Part shown: positions 1 through 8,132 of the stretch, piece after piece
Numbering within the stretch: position 1 is the stretch's first letter
Layout of the letters: each line of letters starts with the position of its first letter
Source: Patescibacteria group bacterium
GTDB taxonomy: Bacteria; Patescibacteriota; Patescibacteriia; Patescibacteriales; UBA12465
Assembly (NCBI GenBank): GCA_041671365.1
Contig: JBAZBP010000001.1
Coordinates: 116,459 to 180,458, forward strand
Reading direction: 5' to 3'
Length of the DNA stretch: 64,000 nucleotides
Position numbers and translations under genes: made by a program
Notes under the pieces: model-generated
What the model was told of the DNA's origin: nothing
Seen by the model: the letters and a program-made list of their open reading frames with translations, nothing else
Databases searched by the model: none

Positions 1-753
1 AAAAATTTAACTAAAGCGATTTATCGTACCGGTCTAGAAATTGAAGATTTAGTGATTGCGCCACTCGCCGCCGCCGAAGCAGTTTTAAGTAATAAACAAA
101 AAGAACTGGGTGTGGCCCTGATTAACTTGGGCTCAGCTACGACCTCTCTGGCAGTCTACGAAGAACGTAATTTAATTCATACGGCGATTTTGCCAATAGG
201 CTCTGAGCACATTACTGCCGATATCGCCATTGGTCTGCGTTGCCCGATTAATTTAGCGGAAAGAATCAAACAAGAATACGGCACGGCGCGAGTAGAAGAA
301 ATCGACAAAAAGGATGAAGTTGATGTCAGTCAATTAGTTAAGGAAGAAGAAGTTAATGACGATATTAATTTAATTTCTCGTAAGTATTTAGCGGAAATTA
401 TTAGTGCCCGGGTAGAGGAAATTTTTGATAAAGTTGATAATGAATTTAAACGAATTGATCGATCTGGGATGTTGCCGGCCGGTGTTATTTTCGTCGGCGG
501 CGGTTCGGAATTAGACGGTTTGGTGGAAGAGGCTAAAAAGAAATTACGCTTACCGGCGGCGCTAGGAGCAACCAAAAATATTAATGTGATTATTGATAAA
601 GTTAGAAATCCAGAATTTTTAACAGCTCTTGGGCTCGTTATCTGGGGCAGCCATACGGACGGTGACAGTGGCGGTGATAGTAAATTTAAGAATTTTTTAA
701 GCGGTACTTTAGAAAAAACTAAAGATTGGTGGGGTAAAATAATGCCAAAATAA
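1..753 (+). CDS. ftsA: Cell division protein FtsA (C-terminal part; frame is open from position 1)
   Basis: Actin-fold motifs INLGSATT, GSEHITADIA, AERIKQEYG and VGGGSELDG; lies directly upstream of ftsZ. Confidence 0.95.
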   Translation, partial: KNLTKAIYRTGLEIEDLVIAPLAAAEAVLSNKQKELGVALINLGSATTSLAVYEERNLIHTAILPIGSEHITADIAIGLRCPINLAERIKQEYGTARVEEIDKKDEVDVSQLVKEEEVNDDINLISRKYLAEIISARVEEIFDKVDNEFKRIDRSGMLPAGVIFVGGGSELDGLVEEAKKKLRLPAALGATKNINVIIDKVRNPEFLTALGLVIWGSHTDGDSGGDSKFKNFLSGTLEKTKDWWGKIMPK

Positions 754-775
754 ATAATTAAATAAGAAAAATTTT

Positions 776-1969
776 ATGGCTGAAGTTAAACCAGAAATTG
801 AGACATTTGCTAAAATAAAAGTTGTCGGCGTCGGCGGCGGCGGCGGCAGTGCGATTAATCGTATGGTCGCTAACGGCATCAAAGGCGTCGGTTTTGTGGC
901 TATTAATACGGATGTCCAAGCGCTTCATTATAATAAGGCTACGGAAAAAATTCATATCGGTAAAACGGTGACCAGAGGACTGGGCGCCGGTATGAATCCG
1001 GATTTAGGGAAGAGCGCGGCCGAAGAATCACAAAATGAAATTAGGGAAGTTTTAAAAGATTGTGATATGGTTTTTGTGACTTGTGGTTTGGGCGGCGGTA
1101 CCGGTTCGGGCGCTTCGCCAATCGTGGCGCAAATTGCTAAAGATTTAGGAGCTTTGACTGTTGCCGTTGTAACCAAACCTTTTTTATTTGAAGGAGGACA
1201 GCGAAAAAATATCGCTGATCGAGCCTTTTCTGAGCTAGCCGATAAGGTTGACACGATAATTACTATTTCTAATGACAAATTATTACAAGTTGTTGACAAA
1301 AGAACTTCATTATTGGATGCATTTAAAATTGCTGACGATGTTTTGCGCCAGGGTGTTCAGGGTATTGCCGAAATTATTACCGTACCCGGTATTATTAATG
1401 CTGATTTTGCCGATGTTAAGGCAGTAATGTCTAATGCCGGTTCGGCATTAATGGGTATCGGCCAGGCTAGTGGCGAAAACAAGGCCGTAGAAGCGGCCAA
1501 GGATGCAATTAACTCTAGTTTACTGGATATGTCTATTGACGGCGCTAGAGGCATCGTTTTTACGATTACCGGTGGTCCGGATTTGAGTATGACCGAAGTT
1601 AGCGAAGCGGCCAAAGTTATTACTTCAGCCGCCGATGAAGATGCTAAGATTATTTTTGGAGCCGTGGTCGATGAAAACATGAAAGATCAGATTAAAATTA
1701 CGGTAGTAGCCACAGGTTTCGATGGTCACGGTAAGAGTCAAAAGGGAGAAATGACCAAATCCTATACTCCAAATTCGTTTATTGTGGAAAAAGAAGCCGA
1801 GAAAGATCTCGCGCCCAGCAGTAATATTGACAAGAATAAAGGAAAATTTTCGGTTTTTAAGAATATTCCAGTAAAACCAGCCTTAGAAAAAAAGGCCGAA
1901 AAAGCTAATCACCAGGATGATGACGATGATTTAAGCGTTCCAGCGTTTATTAGGAAGAAGATGGGGTAA
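776..1969 (+). CDS. ftsZ: Cell division protein FtsZ
   Basis: Motifs VGVGGGG, GLGAG, GGGTGSG and NADFADV; C-terminal VPAFIRKK peptide. Confidence 0.99.
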   Translation: MAEVKPEIETFAKIKVVGVGGGGGSAINRMVANGIKGVGFVAINTDVQALHYNKATEKIHIGKTVTRGLGAGMNPDLGKSAAEESQNEIREVLKDCDMVFVTCGLGGGTGSGASPIVAQIAKDLGALTVAVVTKPFLFEGGQRKNIADRAFSELADKVDTIITISNDKLLQVVDKRTSLLDAFKIADDVLRQGVQGIAEIITVPGIINADFADVKAVMSNAGSALMGIGQASGENKAVEAAKDAINSSLLDMSIDGARGIVFTITGGPDLSMTEVSEAAKVITSAADEDAKIIFGAVVDENMKDQIKITVVATGFDGHGKSQKGEMTKSYTPNSFIVEKEAEKDLAPSSNIDKNKGKFSVFKNIPVKPALEKKAEKANHQDDDDDLSVPAFIRKKMG

Positions 1970-1995
1970 TTTTAATTTGACTGTAGATAGAATTT

Positions 1996-2028
1996 AAAAA
2001 CTCCTTACCCTTGGTAAAGAGTTTTTTT
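1996..2028 (+). terminator. Intrinsic terminator after ftsZ
   Basis: Hairpin aaaaactc-cttacc-ctt-ggtaaa-gagttttt followed by a U-tract. Confidence 0.7.
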
Positions 2029-2105
2029 AATTTTTAAAATATAATATTTTAAAATTCTGTGCATAACTTTGGATTTATTTAATATTTTTTTAAAGATTAG
2101 CTAAA

Positions 2106-2134
2106 TTGACCGCCAGTTAAAATCTTGCTAAAAT
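2106..2134 (+). promoter_or_regulatory. Sigma70 promoter of the nrdR-nrdD-nrdG operon
   Basis: TTGACC-17 nt-TAAAAT with an extended -10 TG. Confidence 0.7.
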
Positions 2135-2143
2135 ATAGAGACA

Positions 2144-2192
2144 ATACAATATTTAGTGGTCATAACTAGTGAATGGCCACAAAATATAGATT
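2144..2192 (+). promoter_or_regulatory. Tandem NrdR boxes
   Basis: ataCaAtATtTaGtgg (2144-2159) and ccaCaAaATaTaGatt (2177-2192) match the consensus acaCwAtATaTwGtg; they lie between the promoter and nrdR. Confidence 0.75.
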
Positions 2193-2195
2193 TAT

Positions 2196-2654
2196 ATGAA
2201 ATGTCCTATTTGTTATTTTCCTGATACCAAGGTGGTTGACTCTCGTGTGGCCATAGATGGCCTGTCGATTCGTCGTCGTCGTGAATGTTTAAAGTGTGGT
2301 TTTCGTTTTTCGACCTATGAAGAGATAGAATTGCTGGATTTGGTTATTGTTAAAAGGGATGGTCGTCGAGAATCTTATAATCGAGAAAAAATGGTTAATG
2401 GTTTAAAAAAATCTTGTGAAAAGCGGTCGATTACGGAAGATCGTTTTAAAAAATTAGTCCATTCTATCGAACGTGATTTGCAGCGTCTTAAAAATACGGA
2501 AATTACTTCGCGGCAAATCGGTCAAGCGGTAATGAAGAATTTAAAACGAGTCGATCCGGTCGCTTATATTCGCTATGCCTCGGTTTATGAATCCTTTAAA
2601 GATGCCCACGAATTTCGTAAAGAGTTAAATAAATTAATTAATGAAAAAAAGTAA
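2196..2654 (+). CDS. nrdR: Transcriptional repressor NrdR
   Basis: Zn ribbon MKCPIC...VVDSR...IRRRREC..C..RFSTYE, ATP cone, AYIRYASVY. Confidence 0.98.
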   Translation: MKCPICYFPDTKVVDSRVAIDGLSIRRRRECLKCGFRFSTYEEIELLDLVIVKRDGRRESYNREKMVNGLKKSCEKRSITEDRFKKLVHSIERDLQRLKNTEITSRQIGQAVMKNLKRVDPVAYIRYASVYESFKDAHEFRKELNKLINEKK

Positions 2655-4716
2655 TATGACTGAAACTATCAGCAAACTAATTAAAAGGTCCGGTGAAATT
2701 AGTGATTTTGATCAGGATAAGATTGTTACGGCGATTTATAAGGCGGCCCTAGCAACGGGGGTAGATGACCATCACCAGGCTAAAAAATTAGCTAGTCAAG
2801 TAGTTATTCAGCTTAATAAGAAATTTTATAAAAGTAGTATACCGGCCGTAGAAGAGGTCCAGGATATAGTGGAAGAGGTATTGATTGAGAATAAGTTAAT
2901 TAAGATCGCTAAGGCTTATATTTTATATCGCGAGCAACATCGTCAATTACGTGATATTAACACTAAAATAATTGATGATAAATTGATGGAAGATTATTTG
3001 GGTAGAGCGGATTGGCGTTTGAAAGAAAATAGTAATATGAGTTTTTCTGTCCAGGGTTTAAATAATTATATTGCTTCGGCTATTTCCGCTCGTTATTGGT
3101 TAGATAAATTATATCCAGAAAATATTCGCGCCGCCCATATTAATGCTGATTTTCATATTCATGATTTAGGTTTACTCGCCCCTTACTGTTGTGGTTGGGA
3201 TTTAAAAGATTTATTGATTCGCGGTTTTCGGGGAGTGAATGAAAAAGTACAAAGTAATCCGCCTAAGCATTTTCGCAGCGCCCTCGGTCAGATAATTAAT
3301 TTTTTCTATACCATGCAGGGCGAAGCGGCCGGCGCTCAAGCTTTTGCTAATTTTGATACTTATCTGGCGCCATTTATCCGCTATGATAATTTAACCTATA
3401 AAGAAATTAAACAGGGTCTGCAAGAATTCATGTTTAATATTAATGTCCCGACTCGAGTTGGTTTTCAAACCCCGTTTACTAATGTTACTTTAGACGTTAC
3501 TCCCTCTCCTATGATTGGCGAAGAAAATGTTATTATCGGCGGAGAAATCAAATCGGAGAAATATAAAGATTTTCAAGCGGAAATGGATTTATTTAATACC
3601 GCTTTTGCCGAAGTGATGATTGCGGGTGATTCGACCGGGCGGGTTTTTGGCTTTCCTATACCGACTTATTGTATTGATAAAGATTTTGACTGGGACAGAG
3701 AATGCTTAAAGCCGGTTTGGGAAATGACCGCTAAATATGGCATCCCTTATTTTTCTAATTTTGTTAATTCCGACATGAAGCGCGATGATGCCCGATCAAT
3801 GTGTTGCCGCTTAAGGCTGGATAACCGAGAATTACGTAAACGTGGCGGCGGTTTGTTTGGCGCGAACCCACTGACCGGTTCTATTGGCGTCGTGACAGTT
3901 AACTTGCCTCGTATCGGCTATTTGTCCAAGAGCAAAGAAGAATTTAAAAAACGTTTGTTAGTTTTAATGGAATTAGCTAAAGAGAGTTTAGAAATTAAAC
4001 GTAAAATTTTGGAAAAATTTACCGATGACCACCTTTATCCTTATTCTATGTTCTATTTAGATAATATTAAGAAACGTTTTGGTTCTTATTGGCAAAATCA
4101 TTTTTTGACTATTGGCATCAACGGTATGAATGAAGCCGCTTTAAATTTAATGGGTAAAGACTTGTCTACTCCCGAAGGTCGCGCCTTTGCGGCCGAAATT
4201 TTAGATTTCATGCGCGAAAAACTTATGGATTTTCAAAATGAGACTAATAATCTGTATAATTTAGAGGCGACTCCGGCCGAAGGCACCACCTATCGTTTCG
4301 CTAAAAAAGATCAGCAGCTTTATCCGGGTATTATTTGCGCTAATACGGAGGCGGTAAAAACTCAAGGAGCTCCTCCTTATTATACTAATTCTTCACATTT
4401 GCATGTAAATTTTAGTGATGATATTTTCTCCGCTCTTGATTTGCAGGATGATTTACAAATTAAATATACCGGGGGAACGGTTTTGCACGGTTTCTTGGGA
4501 GAAAGACTGCCTAATGGTGATACCGCTAAGAAATTAGTGAAAAAAATTGTTGAAAATTATCGTTTACCATATTTTACGATTACCCCAACTTTCTCGATTT
4601 GTCCTAAGCATGGATATTTATCCGGCGAACATAAGTTTTGTCCGAAATGTGACGAGGAAATTGGTTATAAAGAAAATTTAGCAGAGCTTGAAACCGATAA
4701 AAATGTTAATAAATAA
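2641..4716 (+). CDS. nrdD: Anaerobic (class III) ribonucleoside-triphosphate reductase NrdD with ATP cone, lacking the C-terminal glycyl-radical motif
   Basis: ATP cone; motifs HIHDL, SMCCRL, EATPAEG and YTGGT; Zn site CPKHG...CPKC; the protein ends with no RxxGY-type motif. Start may be 2656. Confidence 0.95.
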   Translation: MKKSNMTETISKLIKRSGEISDFDQDKIVTAIYKAALATGVDDHHQAKKLASQVVIQLNKKFYKSSIPAVEEVQDIVEEVLIENKLIKIAKAYILYREQHRQLRDINTKIIDDKLMEDYLGRADWRLKENSNMSFSVQGLNNYIASAISARYWLDKLYPENIRAAHINADFHIHDLGLLAPYCCGWDLKDLLIRGFRGVNEKVQSNPPKHFRSALGQIINFFYTMQGEAAGAQAFANFDTYLAPFIRYDNLTYKEIKQGLQEFMFNINVPTRVGFQTPFTNVTLDVTPSPMIGEENVIIGGEIKSEKYKDFQAEMDLFNTAFAEVMIAGDSTGRVFGFPIPTYCIDKDFDWDRECLKPVWEMTAKYGIPYFSNFVNSDMKRDDARSMCCRLRLDNRELRKRGGGLFGANPLTGSIGVVTVNLPRIGYLSKSKEEFKKRLLVLMELAKESLEIKRKILEKFTDDHLYPYSMFYLDNIKKRFGSYWQNHFLTIGINGMNEAALNLMGKDLSTPEGRAFAAEILDFMREKLMDFQNETNNLYNLEATPAEGTTYRFAKKDQQLYPGIICANTEAVKTQGAPPYYTNSSHLHVNFSDDIFSALDLQDDLQIKYTGGTVLHGFLGERLPNGDTAKKLVKKIVENYRLPYFTITPTFSICPKHGYLSGEHKFCPKCDEEIGYKENLAELETDKNVNK

Positions 4717-4761
4717 AATCGATTTGTAATTTAAATATTTTTAATTTATAATAATAAACAT

Positions 4762-4899
4762 ATGAGTCCGATCCAAACCCAAAGACAAGAATGTGTTGTT
4801 TATAGCCGGGTTGTTGGCTGGCTAACACCGACTAAAAACTGGAACCCGGGAAAAGCTTCTGAATATACTGATCGTAAAACCTATCAAGTTAATAATTAA
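4762..4899 (+). CDS. Stand-alone NrdD glycyl-radical peptide (45 aa; not in the ORF track)
   Basis: MSPIQTQRQECVVYSRVVGWLTPTKNWNPGKASEYTDRKTYQVNN matches the NrdD C-terminal motif YSR(I/V)xG(Y/W)LxPxxxWNxGKxxExxDR. Confidence 0.9.
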   Translation: MSPIQTQRQECVVYSRVVGWLTPTKNWNPGKASEYTDRKTYQVNN

Positions 4900-4913
4900 T
4901 TTTGTTTAATTTT

Positions 4914-5639
4914 ATGATAATCGGTGGTTTGGAGAAATTAACTCTCCTCGACTACCCCGATCATCTAGCGGCGATTATCTTTACCCAAGGTTGTAATTTC
5001 CGTTGCCACTTTTGTTATAACCCCATGCTTGTCTGGCCCCGACAGGGAACGGACAAAAAAAATAAAAAAGAAAAAGGTTTTTCACCACCATCTGTTAATG
5101 ACCTTTTTCTTTTTTTACGAGAAAGATTTGGCCGTTTAGAGGGAGTAGTTATTACTGGCGGAGAGCCAACCCTGCACTCCGACCTGCCTTCTTTTATTCG
5201 AACCATAAAAGATATGGGTTATTTGGTGAAGTTAGATACCAATGGCACTAATCCGGCAATGTTGAAAAAATTAATTGGGGACAGGCTGATTGATTACATA
5301 GCCATGGATTTAAAGGCCCCTCTTTCTAAATATGAAACCGTAGTCGGGACATCTATTGACTGTAATAATATAAAGAAAAGTGTTAAAATTATAATGACGA
5401 GCGGTCTCCCTTATGAATTTCGGACGACCGTTGTCCCCGGTCTTTTAACTTTAACGGATTTTGCGTCAATGGGCCGAGTAATTAAAGGAGCGAAAAAATG
5501 GTATTTGCAATCATTTAAGTCCGACACCGATTTAGTCGATGTTAAATATCAAAAGCAAGCGGCTTATACTAGCCAAGAAATGCTTAGCTTTGCGGCCATT
5601 GGCAGAAAATATGTCGATCTCTGTGAGCTGCGCGCTTAA
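4914..5639 (+). CDS. nrdG: Anaerobic RNR activating enzyme (radical SAM)
   Basis: Motifs GCNFRCHFCYN, ITGGEPT and DTNGT; follows nrdD. Confidence 0.93.
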   Translation: MIIGGLEKLTLLDYPDHLAAIIFTQGCNFRCHFCYNPMLVWPRQGTDKKNKKEKGFSPPSVNDLFLFLRERFGRLEGVVITGGEPTLHSDLPSFIRTIKDMGYLVKLDTNGTNPAMLKKLIGDRLIDYIAMDLKAPLSKYETVVGTSIDCNNIKKSVKIIMTSGLPYEFRTTVVPGLLTLTDFASMGRVIKGAKKWYLQSFKSDTDLVDVKYQKQAAYTSQEMLSFAAIGRKYVDLCELRA

Positions 5640-5664
5640 TTGATTTTTCTCATTTTTTAAATGT

Positions 5665-7431
5665 ATGAAAGATATAGCGGTTTTTGCTCAGACAACTTAT
5701 CGTAACGAATTTAAAAAATTCGGCATTAAAGTCGACGATCGCCGTCGGCATATGTATTTGATTGGAAAAACCGGTATGGGTAAGTCGACAATTTTAGAAA
5801 ACATGATTGTCGATGACATTCGCGCCGGCAATGGCGTGGCCGTAGTTGATCCGCATGGCGATTTAGCGGAAAAAATTATTCGCTATATCCCCAGTAGCCG
5901 GATTAATGAGGTAATTTATTTTAATCCTTCGGATATTAATTACCCGATTGCTTTTAACGTGGTTGAACAAGTGGAACCGCATTTGCGCCATTTAGTCGCT
6001 TCCGGTTTAATTGGAGTTTTTCAAAAATTATGGGCTGATTCTTGGGGGCCACGTTTGGAATATATTTTACGTAATACTATTTTGGCAATTTTAGATTTTC
6101 CCGGCTCAACTCTTTTAGGCGTGGTGCGTATGCTATCCGATAAAAATTATCGCAAAAGAGTGGTCGCTAATATTAAAGATCCGGTGGTTAAAGCTTTTTG
6201 GGAGAAAGAGTTTTCCGGTTATGCCGATAAATTCGCTTCTGAGGCGGTTTCGCCGATTCAAAATAAAGTCGGGCAATTTCTTTCCAGCTCTTTAATGAGA
6301 AATGTCATCGGTCAGGTAAAATCTTCAATTGATATTCGTGATATTATGGATAATGGTAAAATTTTAATTATGAATTTATCCAAAGGACGTATCGGCGAAG
6401 ACAACTCCGCTCTCTTAGGAGCTATGATGATTACTAAGATCCAGTTGGCAGCGATGAGTCGGGTTGATGTTCCGGAAAAAAATCGTCGGGATTTTTATTT
6501 ATATATCGATGAATTCCAAAATTTTTCAACCGATAGTTTTGCCAATATTTTATCGGAAGCGCGAAAATATCGGTTGAATCTAATTTTAGCGCATCAGTAT
6601 ATTGAACAGCTCAGTGAAAAAGTTAGACCGGCGGTTTTTGGTAACGTTGGAACAATGATTGTTTTTCGAGTAGGAGCGATTGACGCCGAGGAATTAGTTA
6701 AAGAATTTACGCCAACTTTTACAGAAGAAGATTTGGTAAATTTACCAAAATATGAAATGTATTTAAAATTGATGATTGACGGAATTTCATCTTCGCCCTT
6801 TTCCGCTGCCGGTCTTCCGCCCCTGCGAGAAGACGAAGAAACCGGTAATGAACAAAAAGTAATTGATTATTCTCGTGAAAAGTATGCTTCGGATCGGGCA
6901 ACGGTAGAAGAAAAAATTATGAGTTGGCATGAAAATTATGGAGAAGACGAAATTAGGACTTCGGCTAAAAAAATTGTTTTACCGGCCAATCGAATTGATG
7001 ATTCGGCTATCGAAGCCAAAACTGTAGCCGCAGTTGCGTCAGTTCCGGTATCGCCGCCAATTTCATCATCTTTTTCGGCCGCTAATTCTAAACTTTCGGC
7101 AAAACCCGTATCTCCAAAAACTTTTTTAACCGCCGATAGTTCAACTTTTAGTCAAAAATCAGTAGTTAAAACCGGTTATTCGGCCATATGTGCAACTTGT
7201 GGGCAGAAAACGATGACTATTTTTAAACCGGACGGCATTCGACCGGTTTATTGCCGAGATTGTTTAAGCCGGAAAAAAGAAGAGAAACGCTTGGATCTGG
7301 AAGCCCGTCATTTAGCCAAAGAACAAGAAAAACAAAGCTTAACAACGACAACTACCACAACCACTACTACCGAAACAATGAAACCGGCGGCAGTGAATCC
7401 GGTTTTATCCCTGAATGATTTAAAAATATGA
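5665..7431 (+). CDS. VirD4/TraD/HerA-like P-loop ATPase with a C-terminal CxxC-x17-CxxC Zn ribbon
   Basis: Walker A GKTGMGKS, VVDPHGD, Walker B LYIDEFQ, ARKY..AHQ; CATCGQ...PVYCRDC. Confidence 0.85.
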   Translation: MKDIAVFAQTTYRNEFKKFGIKVDDRRRHMYLIGKTGMGKSTILENMIVDDIRAGNGVAVVDPHGDLAEKIIRYIPSSRINEVIYFNPSDINYPIAFNVVEQVEPHLRHLVASGLIGVFQKLWADSWGPRLEYILRNTILAILDFPGSTLLGVVRMLSDKNYRKRVVANIKDPVVKAFWEKEFSGYADKFASEAVSPIQNKVGQFLSSSLMRNVIGQVKSSIDIRDIMDNGKILIMNLSKGRIGEDNSALLGAMMITKIQLAAMSRVDVPEKNRRDFYLYIDEFQNFSTDSFANILSEARKYRLNLILAHQYIEQLSEKVRPAVFGNVGTMIVFRVGAIDAEELVKEFTPTFTEEDLVNLPKYEMYLKLMIDGISSSPFSAAGLPPLREDEETGNEQKVIDYSREKYASDRATVEEKIMSWHENYGEDEIRTSAKKIVLPANRIDDSAIEAKTVAAVASVPVSPPISSSFSAANSKLSAKPVSPKTFLTADSSTFSQKSVVKTGYSAICATCGQKTMTIFKPDGIRPVYCRDCLSRKKEEKRLDLEARHLAKEQEKQSLTTTTTTTTTTETMKPAAVNPVLSLNDLKI

Positions 7432-7553
7432 GTCCGCGTGATTTTCGCGGCCGGGAGATAAAAAATCGGTCAGCATCTTTAGAAAAAAATACCGAAGAGA
7501 AGACATTAAAAGAGGGAGAAGATTTAATTATCAGTAACAATAATTTTTAAATT

Positions 7554-8132
7554 ATGTATTTGTTTTTTGATACGGAAACAACCGGTTTACCTCGTAATTA
7601 TCAAGCACCGCTTGATGATTTTTTGAATTGGCCGCGGATTGTGCAGTTAGCCTGGAGCCTTTACGATGAAGATGGCGGACTCTGGGAGAGTTATAATTAT
7701 ATTATTAAACCCGTTGGCTTTATCATTCCCGAAGAGTCCACTAAAATTCATCATATTTCTCAAGAAAGAGCCAGGCAAGAGGGTATAGAATTACAGCTGG
7801 CGCTGAAATATTTTTTGCGAGATGTCGATGGCGCCGCCACCCTGGTTGCTCATAATATTGATTTTGACGAAAAAATTATTGGCTCGGAGCTTTTACGAGA
7901 AAAATTAATAAATCCTCTGACGGCTGCTCATAAAATTTGTACCATGAAATCCAGCGCCGCTTATTGTCAAATAGCTAGTAGTCGTGGCGGTTATAAGTGG
8001 CCGAATCTAATGGAACTTTATACCTGTCTGTTTAAGATTGGATTTGCGGATGCTCACGACGCTATGATTGACGTTAAGGCTTGCGCTGAATGTTTTTTTG
8101 AGTTAAAAAGAAGAGGTGTTATTCGACTATGA
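7554..8132 (+). CDS. DEDDh 3'-5' exonuclease (DnaQ-like)
   Basis: Motifs FDTETTG, AHNIDFD and AHDAMID. Confidence 0.9.
   Translation: MYLFFDTETTGLPRNYQAPLDDFLNWPRIVQLAWSLYDEDGGLWESYNYIIKPVGFIIPEESTKIHHISQERARQEGIELQLALKYFLRDVDGAATLVAHNIDFDEKIIGSELLREKLINPLTAAHKICTMKSSAAYCQIASSRGGYKWPNLMELYTCLFKIGFADAHDAMIDVKACAECFFELKRRGVIRL

Noticed and set aside
824-848. (GGC)n run in ftsZ
   Set aside because: It encodes the conserved GVGGGGG loop and is not a contingency repeat
330-1680. Antisense ORFs over ftsA/ftsZ, and similar shadow ORFs over dnaK, dnaJ, groEL, the atp genes and mgtA
   Set aside because: They fully overlap well-supported conserved genes and have no recognisable motifs; they are expected from codon bias
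4714-4761. Stop-codon readthrough joining nrdD to the glycyl peptide
   Set aside because: There are two in-frame TAA stops and a non-coding AT-rich spacer; a separate ATG is more parsimonious
7342-7371. Poly-Thr tract as a possible microsatellite or DGR variable region
   Set aside because: The codons are mixed (aca/acg/act/acc), and no matching template repeat was seen
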